A stretch of DNA of 63,770 nucleotides, filler included, from Chiloscyllium plagiosum (Eukaryota), in the NCBI RefSeq assembly GCF_004010195.1. It is 4 parts of one record of this genome, joined end to end, with 100 filler letters (N's around TTAATTAATTAA, not from the genome) between each part and the next. Parts side by side here need not be neighbours in the genome. Positions count along the whole stretch, not along the records: positions 1 to 21,092 come from NC_057716.1; 3 more parts are not named here. One strand, 5' to 3'. Both the position numbers and the translations under genes were made by a program. How positions within the stretch are numbered: the first letter of the stretch is position 1; each line of letters starts with the position of its first letter. Below, in pieces: positions 1 to 12,429 of this stretch. Below the pieces are notes generated by a model. It did no database searches, had not been told where the DNA came from, and saw nothing but the letters and a program-made list of their open reading frames with translations.

Positions 1-1621
1 TGGGTTCCTTTATCTGGAATCATAGATGCCCCTCATTAAGCTGAAGAAGCTATAGCTTCCACAGGCAAGGGGAGGACTGGATTTCTCAGATTTTAGGAAA
101 TATCAGTTAAGTTCCCTAGTAAGCTACATAGCCGATTGGGTCTTGTCGGACCTGCAATCAATCTGGCTGGACATCGAGGCTTCTCAAGTAAAATGCCCAC
201 TTATTAACATCTTATTTTCAGACAAGAGGAAAATCATCACAGATCACTGTAAAAACCCTATAATACTAAATACAATTAAAGCTTGGAATATAATGCAGCA
301 AAATGAGGGCAATTCACATAAAACATCCCCCTATACTCTGATAGTGGGAGCATGGGGGTTTCAACCGGGACTTACAGATGCCACTTTCAAACTCTGGAGA
401 TCCAGGGGTATCTCCTGTTTAGGGGATCTGTTTAAGGAAGGGGTCCTGATGTCTTTTGAACAGCTGCATCAGAAATTTGGATTACCTAATGGTGGTCTCT
501 TTCGATACTTCCAAATTCAAGATTACATACAGAAGAAGACTACGCTATTAGATAATCTTTATAAATCAGATAGAGAATGTAGAGTGTTATGGCCAATGGG
601 GGCATCTTCGGTCAGCACTATTTATCATTTATTCCATAATGAAGTATCGGAAGATATGGACAATCTGCTTAAAACATAGGATCAGGATTTGGGGCTGGAA
701 ATCTCTTACAGAAATGTGGAATGACATTTGGGAAAATGTCAGAAAAATCTCCATCTGCAACAGAACTCAGGTCATTCAGTTGAAGATACTTCATAGGGCC
801 CATATCGCACCGGACCGATTGGCAAAATTAAAGGCAGGAGCATCTCCGATGTGTCCCAAATATAAAATAGGGGTGGGCACTCTTGTACATTGCTTATGGA
901 CCTGTCTTAAGATCCATAGGTATTGGACTAAAGTAGTAAGTGCTCTGACAGAAATCTTGGGAACGGAAATTAGAGTGGACCCTGTATCTCTCCTTTTAGG
1001 CTTTTCGAACCTACCCTCCCTGGATATGCACGGGAAGGGATTATTTTCCATTCTCTCTTTCTGTGCAAGGAAAAATATTTTGGTAAACTGGGCGGCTGAG
1101 GGCCCCCCTGGACTTTCGAATTGGCACAGATTAATCATGGAATATAATCCCCCTGACTTCCTTACAAATATGGTGCACCAAAAAACCAAATTATTCCATA
1201 AAATATAGTAGCCCTTCTTGAATTACACAAATACAGATATTTCGGCCATCCTAACAAGGGCTTTTATTTAATTGAGATGGCAAACCTGGCTGGTCTGGGG
1301 CCCCTTGGGAGAGGAATGCCGCACGAATACGAGTTTTGTTAAGATTTGATGTTAACACATTCCGAGCATGTATCTCACTACTCAATTTCTGTGTTATCCG
1401 TCATTTTTTTTCCTGAATAATGTTAAGAGATTTAATTATACACTCTGGCTAGTTGTAGGTTAGATTAGTAGTTAATTGAGTTTTTTTTTCTTGGTATCTC
1501 TTTTTTTCTGTTTGATAGATTTTGATTATTATTTATTTTATATTTAATTGTATATCAATGTTTATACTTGTAAACTTGTAAGAACGTGTTAAGTTTTCAA
1601 TAACAATATCTATAAAAAAAA
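1..1621 (+). mobile_element. L1-clade LINE, 3' part (ORF2 C-terminus, 3' UTR, poly-A), decayed
   Basis: ORFs 143-679 and 639-1208 are consecutive ORF2 pieces (GG-L-F motif upstream, IQLKILHR, C-terminal zinc-knuckle-like CPKY...TLVHCLWTC) separated by a stop/frameshift. T-rich 3' UTR ends tcaataacaatatctataaaaaaa at ~1598-1621. Confidence 0.9.
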
Positions 1622-4600
1622 CACTCCCAGGAAAGGGACAGCAATGGGTTAGATATAGAGTAAAGCTCCCTCTACATTGTCCCCCCATTAAACACTCCCA
1701 GGACAGGGACAGCACGGGGTAAGATACAGAGTAAGGCTCCCTCTACACTGTCCCATAACAAACACTCGCAGGACAGGGTCAGCACGGGGTTAGATACTGA
1801 GGAAAGTTCCCTCTACACTGTCCCCTTCAAACACACAGGACAGGGACAGCAATGGGATTGATACAGAGTAAAGCTGCCTCTACACAGTCCCCAATCAAAC
1901 ACTCCCAGGACAGGGACAGCAATGGGTTAGATACAGAGTAAAGCTCCCTCGACACAGTCCCCCAATCAAACACTCCCAGGACAGGGACAGCACGGGGCTC
2001 GAGACAGAGTAAAGCTCCCTCTACACTGTCCCCATCATCTAACACTCCCAGGACAAGGACAGCATGGGGTTTGATACAGAATAAAGCTTGCTCTACACTG
2101 TCCCCCCACCTAACTGACCCAGGACAGGGATTGCACGGGGTTAGAGACAAAGTAAAGCTTCCTCTACACATCCCCCCATCCAACACTGCCAGGACAAAGA
2201 CAGTATGGGGTTAGATACAGAGTAAAGCTCTCACTACACTGTCCCCCCTATTAAACACTCCCAGGACAGGGAGAGCATGGAGTTAGATACAGAGTAAAGC
2301 ACCCTCTACACTGTCCCCCCTTCAAACACTCGCAGGACAGGGACAGCACGGGTTTGGATACCAAGGAAAGGTCCCTCTACACTGTCCCCTTCAAACACAC
2401 AGGACAGGGACAGCAACGTGCTAGATACAGAGTAAATCTCCCTCTACCTGTCCCCCCCATCAAACAGTTCCAGGATAGGGACAGCATGGGATTAGATACA
2501 GAGTAAAGCTCCATCTACACTGTCCCCCCATCAAACACTCCCAGGATAGGGACAGCAGGGGGTTAGATACAAAGTAAAACTACCTCTACACGGTCCCCCC
2601 CATCAAACACTCCCTGGACAGGGACAGCACGGGCTTAGGTACAGAGTAAAGCTATCACTACACTATCCCCCCCATTAAACACTCCCAGGACAGGACAGAA
2701 TGGGGTTAGATACAGAGTAAGGCTCCCTCTACACTGTCCCTGCCCGTCAAACACACCCAGGACAGGGACAGTACGGGGTTAGATACAGAGTAAAGAACTC
2801 TCTACACTGACCCCTCATCAAACATCCCAGGACAGGGACAGCATGGGGTTAGATACTGAGTAAATCTCCCTGTGCACTGTCCCCCATCAAACACTCCCTG
2901 GACAGGGACAGCACACGTTAAGATACAGAGTAAAGCTCCCTCTACACTGCCCCACATCAAATACTCCCAGGACAGGGACAGCATGGGGTTGGATACCGAT
3001 GAAAGGTCCCTCCACACTGTCCCCTTCAAACACACAGGACAGGGACAGCAAGGTGTTAGATACAGAGTAAAGCTCTCTCTACACAGTCCCCAATCAAACA
3101 CTCCCAGGACAGGGACAGCACAGGGTCCGATACAGAGTAAATCCCTCTCTACACTGTCCCCCACGATCAAATGCTCCCAGGACAAGGACAGCATGAGGTT
3201 AAATACAGAGTAAATCTTCCTCTACGCTGTCCCCCCATCAAATAGTTCCAGGACAGGGTCTGCATGGGGTTAGATACAGATTAATGCTTCCTCTACACTG
3301 TTCCCACCATCTAACACTCCCAGGACAGGGACAGCACGGTGTTAGATATAGAGTAAAGCACTCTCTGCACTGACCCCCTATCAAACGCTCCCAGGACATC
3401 GACAGCACAGGGTAAGATACAGAGTGAAGTATCCTCTACACTGTCCCCCCATCAAACACTCCCAGGACAGGGACAGCACGAGGTAAGATACAGAGTAAAG
3501 CTCCCTCTACAATGTCCCCCCATCAAACACTCCCAGGACAGGGACTGCAAATGGTTAGAGACAGAGTAAAGCCTCCACTACACCATCCCCCCATCAAACA
3601 CTCCCAGGACAGGGACAGCACGGGGTTAGATACAGAGTAAATCTTCCTTTACACTATCTCCCCCGTCAGACACTCCGGACAGGGAAAGCATGGGCTTAGA
3701 TACAGAGTAACACTGCCTCTACACTGTCCTCCCCATCAATCACTACCAGAGAGGGACAGCATGGGGTTAGATACAGAGTAAAGCTTCCTCTACACGTCCC
3801 CCCATCAAACACTGTGAGGATAGGGACAGCATGGGGTTAGATACAGAGTAAATCTGCCTCTACACTGTCCCCCATCAAACACTCCCAGGACAGGGAGAGC
3901 ATGGGGTGAGATACAGAGTAAAGCTCCCTGTACACTGTCCCCGCCCATCAAACACTCCCAGGACAGGGACAGCACTGGGTTAGATATAGAGTACTGCTTC
4001 CTCTACACTGTCCCACAACAAACACTCCCAGGATAGGGACAGCAGGTTGTTAGATACAGAGTAAAGCCTCCTCTACACCATTCCCCATCAAAAACTCCTC
4101 AGGGACAGGGACAGCACGGGGTTAGACACAGAGGAAAGCTCTCTCCACACTATCCCTCATCAAACAATTCCCAGTACAGGGACAGCACAGTGGTAGATAC
4201 AGAGGAAAGCACCCTCTACACTGTCCCCAACATCAAACACTCCCAGAACAGGGACAGCAATGGGTTAGATACAGAGTAAAGCTCCCTCTACACATTCCCC
4301 AATCAAACATTCCGGGACAGGGACTGCACGGGGTTCAAGACAAAGTAAAGCTCCCTCTACACTGTCCCCACCATCTAACACTCCCAGGACAGGGACAGCA
4401 CGGTGTTAGATACCGAGGTAAGTTCCCACGACACTGTCCCCTTCAAACATACAGGACAGGGACAGCAATGGGTTAGATACAGAGTAAAGCTCTCTCTACA
4501 CTGTCCCCACCATCTAACACTCCCAGGACAGGGACAGCATGGGATTAGATGCAGAGTAAAGCTCTCTCTACACTGTCCTCCCATCAAACACTCCCAGAAC

Positions 4601-5057
4601 AGGGAGAGCATGGGCTTAGATACAGAGTAAAGCTCCCTCTACACTGTCCCCCCTTCAATCACTCCCAGGACAGGGACAGTACGGGGTTTGAGACAGAGTA
4701 AAGCTCCCTCTACACTTTCCCCACCATCTAACCCTCCCAGGACAGGAAAAGCATAGGCTTAGATACAGAGTAAAGCTCTTTCTACACTGTCCTCACGCCC
4801 CCATGAAACACTCCCCAGGGACAGGGTCTGCACGGGGTTAGATACAGAATAAAGCTCGCTCTACACTGTCCCCATCAAACAATCCCCAGTACAGGGACAG
4901 CACGGTAGTAGATACAGAGTAAAGCTCTCTCTACACTGTTCCCCCCATCAAACACTCCTCGGACAGGGACAGCAATGGTTTAAATACAAAGTAAAGCTGC
5001 CTCTACACTGTCCCTCTATTAAACACTGCCAGGACAGGGACAGCATGGGGTTAGAAA
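1621..5057. repeat. ~68-70 bp satellite array (~50 copies)
   Basis: Tandem unit ACACTCCCAGGACAGGGACAGCACGGGGTTAGATACAGAGTAAAGCTCCCTCTACACTGTCCCCC(C)ATCAA visible throughout. Confidence 0.97.
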
Positions 5058-5330
5058 GAGATATGCTTCCTTCTTTTTTCTTAACCAAACTTTTAATTTC
5101 TCTAGTCATCCAACTTTCTCTACACTGACCAGCCTTTCCTTTGACCCTAACAGGATTGTTTTGTCTCTCGACTCTAGTTATCTCAATTCTGAAGGGTTCC
5201 CATTTTCCAGCCGTCCCTTTACCTGTGTTATCTGCCCCCAACCAACTTTTCAAGTCCTTCCCTCATGCTGCTAAAATTAGCCTTCCTCCTATTTTAGATG
5301 TGTTCTATCCTTTTCCGTCGCTATTTGAAA
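5058..5330 (-). mobile_element. CR1/HER1 LINE ORF2 internal fragment
   Basis: Translation KWEPFRIEITRV...PVRVKGK...WMTREIKSLVKKKE matches the CR1 endonuclease-RT linker also seen at 58700-58900. Confidence 0.75.
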
Positions 5331-5414
5331 CTATTAGAATTATGGTCACTGGTCCCACTGAGCTTAATATTAGCCCAGGCATTTACATGTCTGAGGATTG
5401 TAACATTTGTACAG

Positions 5415-5760
5415 GGGAGGTGATGACTTAGTTGTTTTATCACTGGACTGTTAATCCAGGCAGCCCAACCCAGGTAATACTCTAGGGACCTGAGATCAAA
5501 TCGGGCCATGGTGGGATTTGAATGCAAGACAGGAAATCTGAAATCCAGAGTGTTATGATGACCGTGAAGTTATTGTCTGAAAAGCCCATCTTGCTCATTA
5601 GGGATGGAGTCTACCACCCTTACTTGGTTAGGCCGATATGTGACTCCAGTCCCACAACAGTATGGTTGAATTTTAATTATTCTCTGTGCAATTATGGATA
5701 GGTAATAAATGCGAGATCAGCCAGAGACACTCATGTCTTATGAATGAATAAAGAAAACAT
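5415..5760 (+). mobile_element. tRNA-headed SINE (non-HE1 family); partial copies at ~27050-27178 and ~28920-29095
   Basis: Degenerate A/B-box head (tcactggactgttaatcc...), core atgtgactccag..cacagcaatgtggttgactc, and a gggcaattagggatgggcaataaatg-type tail ending gaatgaataaa. Confidence 0.7.
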
Positions 5761-6052
5761 AATAGTTAGCTGTAATAAATGTCTGCTCAGATTTATTAAC
5801 ATAAGATCCATATTCAATTTCTTAAATCGTGAGACCTATCATCAGCATCATCACCTCAGGCAAACCACCACATTGGAGATAAACGTAGACCACTGTCCTA
5901 ATACCTCTTTACATGCTTTAGAATAAATCTTATTTGTTAATTGTTCCTGTGGCTATTTATTTTACTAGTAGCTCTGCATAAATGCTGATTGTTGTGGTTT
6001 GGATGCCAGTGGATGTTCGTTGCATTCAGGCTGTCCCTGCCTTATAGACAAA

Positions 6053-6197
6053 GGGGTGGCACAGTGGCTCAGTGGTTAGCACTGCTGCCTCACAGCACCA
6101 GGGACCCAGGTTTGGTTCCAGCCTTGACACAACGTCTACATGGAGTTCTCCCCATGTCTGTGCGAGCTTCTTCCAGATACTTCTGTTTCTTCCCATA
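6053..6197 (+). mobile_element. HE1-type SINE, 5' part
   Basis: ggtggcacagtggctcagtggttagcactgctgcctcacagcaccagggacccagg head. Confidence 0.85.
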
Positions 6198-6209
6198 ATT
6201 CTTTTTAAA

Positions 6210-6910
6210 AGGAATATTGGAAATGTTGACGTTCAGAGGAACTTGTTTATAATTCTCTCAGAAACAAAAGAAATTAGCATGAGCTGTAGCAGTCAATTAG
6301 GAGGCCAAATGGCATGTTGCCTTTTGCTGCAAGAGAATTAAACTATAAAAATGGAGGGGTCTTGCTACAATCGGCTGGGCTTCACATCTGGAGCATTGTT
6401 ATTTTGATCTTCATAGTTAAGGAAGGAAATACTTGCGTGGAGGCAACACAGTGACACTTCAATCGATTAGCTCCTGGGATGGGAAGTTTTGACTGTGATG
6501 AGCAGCAGAGTAAGTTGAATCTACATTTTCTAGTGATTACAAGAATGAGAGGTGATCTCGGGCAAACAACCAAGACACTAATGGGGTTTGACAGGGTAGA
6601 CACTGTGTCACTGTCTCCTTTGGCTGTGGAATCTAAAACACGGAGGCTCAGGCTTAGGATAGAGGGCCAACCATTCAGGACTGGGAAGAAGAAAGTTGCT
6701 TTCATTGTGTAATGAATCTTTTGAATGTTTTATACCAGAAGCTTGTGGTGTTCCATCTTTTAATATATTTGAGTCTGAGATGGACAGGTTGTTGTTCCCT
6801 CAGGGAAATGAAGGATACAGGTGTAGTGACAAAGATTTGAGGTCAAAGATGAGCCATTAACTCATGATGGAGTAGATTCAAGGGGTTGTATGGTCTACTC
6901 ATATTCCTTT
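6210..6910 (+). mobile_element. Old CR1 LINE 3' fragment
   Basis: Translation RMRGDL..T.K...GFDRVD...ESKTR...LRI.G.PFRT matches the CR1 ORF2 C-terminus. Confidence 0.75.
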
Positions 6911-7419
6911 TTTTTTGGTTCCTACAGTCCTTTGTGAGCTAAGATAGGGCGTACTATTTTCTTCTTCCCATTGCTTCCCAAGATTAGAACACATGTGAGG
7001 GAAAAGTTTTTGACCAAGGAAATAGAAGGTAATGGATTCTGATTGGAATGGCATTGTACTTGGTCAATATTCCGAGGTAGAAGGGATGGTGGAGAGAAAC
7101 ACTACTGGGTACGGAAAGAGAGAAGGAGCAATTGGCTTAATGGACTCGCTGAGCAGATACTGGGCAAGTGGCTTTGACAGTTCTCTGAGCTGATAATAAG
7201 CAAGATGATTTAAAAACTCCTTGAGCAGATGCTGAGCAAGTATCAGAATTGTTGGAGGTGTTAATTGTTTGCATTAGTTGGAGACCGATTTCTCTTTGCC
7301 ATTGCACATTTGCTGACACGTCGACTTTACCAAAAACAAAATGCAATACATACAAAAGGTCTGTGGCTAATAAGCATGGGAATGCTGGTCTCTGTAATAA
7401 CATAAGGCATGAACAAATG

Positions 7420-7740
7420 AATGCCGCAGTGGGTAATCCTTGTTTCTGAGCCAGAAGTTTTGGGTTCAAGTCCCGACTGAGGCCAACCAAAATACGTTCA
7501 TAATTTGACCAAAAAGATTGAGCATCAACCTGCAAATCCTCAGACTGGTAAATGCTAACAGTGGGAATGATGCCTGATAATGGAAAGAAGATTGCAGCCT
7601 TTATCATCACCATCCACAACTGCAGACCACAGCATGTATAAAGATGTGCAAGTTGCCACAGCAACCCATACTCCGTGAGCAAACTGTAACAAACCACAGC
7701 ATGGACTGGGGATGAATAAAGCAGTCAGAAGAAAGAATGA
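7420..7740 (+). mobile_element. Degenerate tRNA-headed interspersed repeat (SINE-like)
   Basis: gcagtgggtaat...ctgagccagaagttttgggttcaagtccc gives A-box/B-box-like spacing, but there is no closed cloverleaf or CCA end. Confidence 0.5.
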
Positions 7741-8162
7741 GACATGTTGAGCTGATGTGATTACAAGGATGTAATCTAATCAGAGGATTGCAATTGTAGG
7801 TTGCAGGTGTGAAGCCTGATCTTATAACCATTATCAGAATCCCTAGGTTAGATTACAGATTTGAAATCACCAGAGTATATCGGTTATTTCGCATTAAGTA
7901 TACCAATGGGCCATTTCTTCAATTTGAGATGTTAAAGTATCGCATTGACACCATTGATGGGAACTACACTTCATGCCAATTGATGCATGTTGATATCAAC
8001 AGTAAAATAATTACTGTTGTGAGTTAAAAAAAAGAGTAGTTTACTGCTTGGAAATTATATGGCTGCTGTAGTTTATTAGTTAAAACACAAAAGCATTTCA
8101 CTTCAGACCCTGAGGCTAGACCAATAAAAGCTAATTTCATTTGGTTGCTTTGTACTCATAAA

Positions 8163-8635
8163 GTCATAGAGTCGTAGAGATGTACAGCATGGAAACAGAC
8201 CCTTCGGTTCAACTCGTCCATGCCAACCAGATATCCCAACACAATCTAGTCCCACCTGCCAGCACCAGGCCCATATCCCTCCAAGTTGCAATTATACCAG
8301 CCTCCACCACTTCCTCTGGCAGCTCATTCTATACACATACCACCCTCTGTGTGAAAAAGTTGCCCCTTAGGTCTCTTTTATATCTTTCTGCTCTCAACCT
8401 AAACATATGCCCTTTAGTTCTGGACTCCCCGACTCCAGGGAAAAGACTTTGTCTATTTATCCTATCCATGCCCCTCATGATTTTGTAAACCTCTATAAGG
8501 TCACCCCTAGCCTCCAACACTCCAGGGAAAATAGCCCCAGCCTATTCAGCCTCTCCCTATAACTCAAATCCTCCAACCCTGGCAACATCCTTGTTAATCT
8601 TTTCTGAACCCTTTCAAGTTTCACAATATCCTTCT
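8163..8635 (-). mobile_element. HER1/CR1 LINE 3' end
   Basis: RGDLIEVYKIMRGMDR...GESRTKGH...LRGNFFTQRVV; (ctatga)-type tail. Confidence 0.9.
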
Positions 8636-8639
8636 CCTC

Positions 8640-10015
8640 AGTTCAATTGAAACTGGAAAATCGCTAATGGAATCCTCTGTTTAAAAATGGAGTAAAGCAA
8701 AAAAATGGAAAATTTCAGACAGATTAGCCAGCCTCAGTTCTGGGTAAGATCCTGCAATTCATTGTAAAGGATGAGATTTCCGAACAATTGGAGGTGTAGG
8801 GTAAAGTAGGGCAAAGTCAGCATGGTTTCATCTTGGGGAGGTCATGCCTGACAAATCTGCTAGAATTCTTTGAGGAAGTAACAAGCAGGTTAGACCAAGG
8901 AGAGGAAATGGATGTTCTCAAACTAGACTTCAAAAAGACTCTTGAAAAGGTGCCACACAATAAGCTACTGAATAAAATAAGGGCCTCAGGATGGCAGCTG
9001 GTGATAAGTAGTGTTTTGAAGACTCAGTGTTGGGACCACAACTTTTCATTTTGTACATCAACAATCTAGATAAAGGAACTGAGGACTTTCTGGCTAGGTT
9101 TGTAGATGATACAAAGATAGGTAGAGGGGCAGGTAGCATTGAGGAGGCGGTGAGGCTGCAGAAGGATTTGGATAGATTAGGAGAGTGGGCAAAGAAGTGG
9201 CAGATGGAGTACAATGTGGGAAAGTGTAAGGTCATGCACCTTGGTCGGAAAAATAGAGGCATGGACTATTCCTAAATAGGGAGAAAATTCAGAATGAAGT
9301 GCAAAGAAGCTGGGAGTTCTAGTGCAGGATTCTCTCAAGGTAAACTTGCAGGTTGAGTCAATAGTTGGAAAGGCAAATGCAATGATGGCATTTGTTTTGA
9401 GAAGACTTGAATATAAAAGCAGGGATGTACTTCTGAGGCTGTATAAGGCTCTGTTCAGACCACATTTAGAGTATTATGCACAGTTTTGGGCCCAAATCGC
9501 AGGAAGGATATGCTAACCCTGGAGTGTGTTCAGAGGAGATTTACAAGAATGGTCCCAGGAATGTAAAGCTTAATTTATGAGGAACGTTTGAGCACTCTGA
9601 GTTTATACTCGATGGAGTTTACAAGGATGGGGGAAATCTAATTGAAACTTATAGAATACTGAATGGCCTGAATAGAGTAGATGTTGGGAAGATGTTTCCA
9701 TTGGTAGGAGAAACCAGGACTCGAGGGCACAGACTTAGAGTAAAGGGGAGACCTTTTAGAACTGAGTTAAGGAGAAACATCTTCAACCAGAGAGTGGTGA
9801 ATCTATGAAATTGATTGCCACAGAAAGCTGTGGAGGCCAGATCATTGAGTGTATTTAAGATGGAGATAGATATGTCCTTGAGTATCAAGGGGATCTAGGG
9901 TCATGAGGAGAAGGTGGGAGAATGAGGATGAGAAACTTATCAGCCATGATTGAATGGCAGAGCAAACTCAATGGGCTGAATTTCTGCTCCTCAGTCTTAT
10001 AGTCTTATGGTCTTA
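8640..10015 (+). mobile_element. CR1 LINE RT-to-3' fragment
   Basis: GRSCLTNLLEFFEEVT, LGPQLF..YINNLD, RFVDDTKIG, RPHLEY motifs; tail cttatagtcttatggtctt. Confidence 0.92.
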
Positions 10016-10339
10016 ATTCTGGATCCCAAAGTTAAGGAATTTTGGAGAACTATCTGTTCCAGCCATTCCACATTGTACAAAGATTACCGATACACAGGAA
10101 TATCAGTGGTACCTTACCAATCATTTGTTCGTCCAGATCTGGAGTGTGTAAACAGAGTTAATATTCCAAGTTGAGTGACCCTTCCTCAGGTCAAGGTCGT
10201 CCATGTTTGTATTGAATGGCAACATAGACTCAAGAGGCAGTTTGGTCTATTTATGGTCCTATTTTGTTTGGTCCAATATCTAGCAATCTGTACCTATTTT
10301 AACACATTATATGGCCATTTGTGCATCCCCAGGACATGC

Positions 10340-10800
10340 TGGTATGGTGGCTCAGTAGTTAGATTAGAGTAGATTAGATTCCCTACAATGTGGAAACAGG
10401 CCCTTCGACCCAACCAGTCCACACCGACTCTCCGAAGAGTAACCCACCCCGACCCATGTCCCTCTGACTAATGCACCAATGGGCAATTTAACATGGTCAA
10501 TTCACCTGACCTGCAAATCTTAGCACTGCTGCTTCCAAGTGCCAGGGACCCAGGTTTGATTCCATCCTCGAGACACTGTCTGTGTGGAGTTTCACTCTCC
10601 CCCTCACCACGTGGGTTTCCTCTTTGTGCTCTGATTTCCTCCCACAGTCCAAAGATGTGCAGGCTAAGTGGATTAGCCATGGGAAATGCAGAGTTACAGG
10701 GATATGGTAGGGAAGTGGCTTTAGGTGGACTACTCTTCTGAGGATCAGTTTGGACTCAATGGGCTGAATGGCCTATTTACAGACTGTAAGAATTCTATTA
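10340..10800 (+). mobile_element. HE1-type SINE containing a nested opposite-strand HE1 3' fragment (~10362-10518)
   Basis: Head tggtggctcagtagttag is interrupted and resumes at tagcactgctgc (~10520). Confidence 0.8.
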
Positions 10801-11642
10801 TTTCCAAAATGCTTTACAGATATTGACAGAAATAAACATAAGGTACAATAGTAGGGCAATGGTGCCTATACGTTAGAAGGTGCTATGAAGGTGCATCATA
10901 ACATTTCCATCAAGTTGATCAGCAACACCAATTTTCAACACTAAACTTGGGTCTAGCCCACTCAGGGTGACTTCAGGAAGCACTTCCACAACCAGAGTAG
11001 TAGAAATCTGAAATTTGCTCTTTCATAAGGCTGGTGAACGCAGGCAATCATCTGAGATTTTCAAAACTACAAGTGGCAATTCTTTTATCAGATAAGGGCA
11101 ACAAAGAACAAAAGAGGGTAAATTAAACTAAGGTAGAGATCCGATAGGATTTATTTACATGGTGGAACAGGATCAAGGTTCTGAATAAGCTGTATCTTTT
11201 CTTATGCGTCAATGTTTAGTTTTGCTCTGACAATCCCTTGTTAATGGATTGCTTCACAGCTTGAATCAAAGAAATAATAGTGTTTTAAGAGTATCCAGTG
11301 TAAAATTCCTGAAATGCACAGTTAATGTTTACAGAGTAGGTGAGCAAGACTTGTCAACAAACACCTTGCAACCTTTGTACCACGTTTAATTTAGTAAAAT
11401 GTTCAAAGACATTAAAAAAAAGTGAACACGTGTGGTTATGATGTTGATCTTAATAAATGAACAGTTCAATGATGCAATGAGGAACCTGGAGAATGGGAAC
11501 AAATGGTTGCTAGAACCTTCTTTATCTCAATGTATCTGGTATCATTTCTATCAAAATCACTGACCTCATTTTTTATGGGAATGTTGTCTAGGCCAGTATT
11601 TATTGTTCATCCTTAATTTACCCAAGAATTTGGCAGCTAGAA

Positions 11643-11962
11643 TGGGCGGCACAGTGGCTCAGTGGTTAGCACTGCTGCCTCACAGTTCCAGGGTCCCAGG
11701 TTCGATTTCAGACTTGGGCGACTGTCTGTGTGGAGTTTGCACATTCTCCCCCTGTCTGCATGGGTTTCCTCTGGGTGCTCCGGTTTCCTCCCATAATCCA
11801 AAGATGTGCAGGTCAGGTGTATTGGCCATGTAAAATTGCCCGTAGTGTTAGGTGCATTAGTCATAGGGAGAGGGGTTTAGGTGGGTTACGCTTCAGAGGG
11901 TCGGTGTGGACTGGTAGGGCCCAAGGGCCTGTTTCCACACTGTAAGGAATCTAATCTAATCT
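11643..11962 (+). mobile_element. Full-length HE1-type SINE (V-SINE)
   Basis: tRNA-like head, V-domain gtgtggagtttgcacattctccc...ggtttcctccca, HER1-like tail ending aatctaatctaatcta. Confidence 0.93.
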
Positions 11963-12420
11963 AGCTACCTTCTTGAACTGCTGTTGTCTGGGTGGTGTGG
12001 TGACACCAAAGCGCTGTTAGGGAGGTATTCCAGGATTTTGATCCTGTGACACTGAAGGAATGACAACATAGTTTCAAGTAAGGATCATGTGTGGCATGGA
12101 GGGGAACTTGGAGGTGATGGTATTCTGTAGATTTACTGCCCTGTCCTTGTGGGGAGTTAAATCTGGGGTCTTGGAATGTGCTGTTGAAGGACACATGATG
12201 CATCCTGCAGATAGTACACACTGCTTCCACTATCTGTCAGCGGTAAAGGGAGTGAAAGCTGAAGGTGGTGGTAACGATGGTGATTGAGAGGGCTGCTTTG
12301 CCCTAGATGGTGTCATGTTTCTTGAGTGTTGTTGGATCTGCACTCATCCAGGAAAGTGGAGAGCATTCCATCATACTCCTGACGTGTGCCTTACAGATGG
12401 CGGATATGCTTTGCCATTAC
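11963..12420 (-). mobile_element. Second non-LTR LINE family (CR1/L2 group) 3' fragment
   Basis: AVCTICRMH...HHLQVPL...SFSVTGSKSWN; same family at 19180-19545, 25340-25600, 33280-33815, 51930-52315 and 62200-62510. Confidence 0.75.
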
Positions 12421-12429
12421 ATGACCTGT

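Noticed and set aside
1621..5057. Regularly spaced repeats as a CRISPR-like array or HDV/twister ribozyme array
   Set aside because: No unique spacers, the context is eukaryotic, and manual threading onto HDV, twister or hammerhead cores failed.
7137..7697. 186-aa minus-strand ORF
   Set aside because: Half of it overlaps a SINE-like repeat in antisense; non-ATG start and no recognisable domain.
11643..11720. tRNA genes at HE1 heads and at 7423-7480
   Set aside because: The A/B boxes run into SINE bodies; no acceptor stem or terminator.
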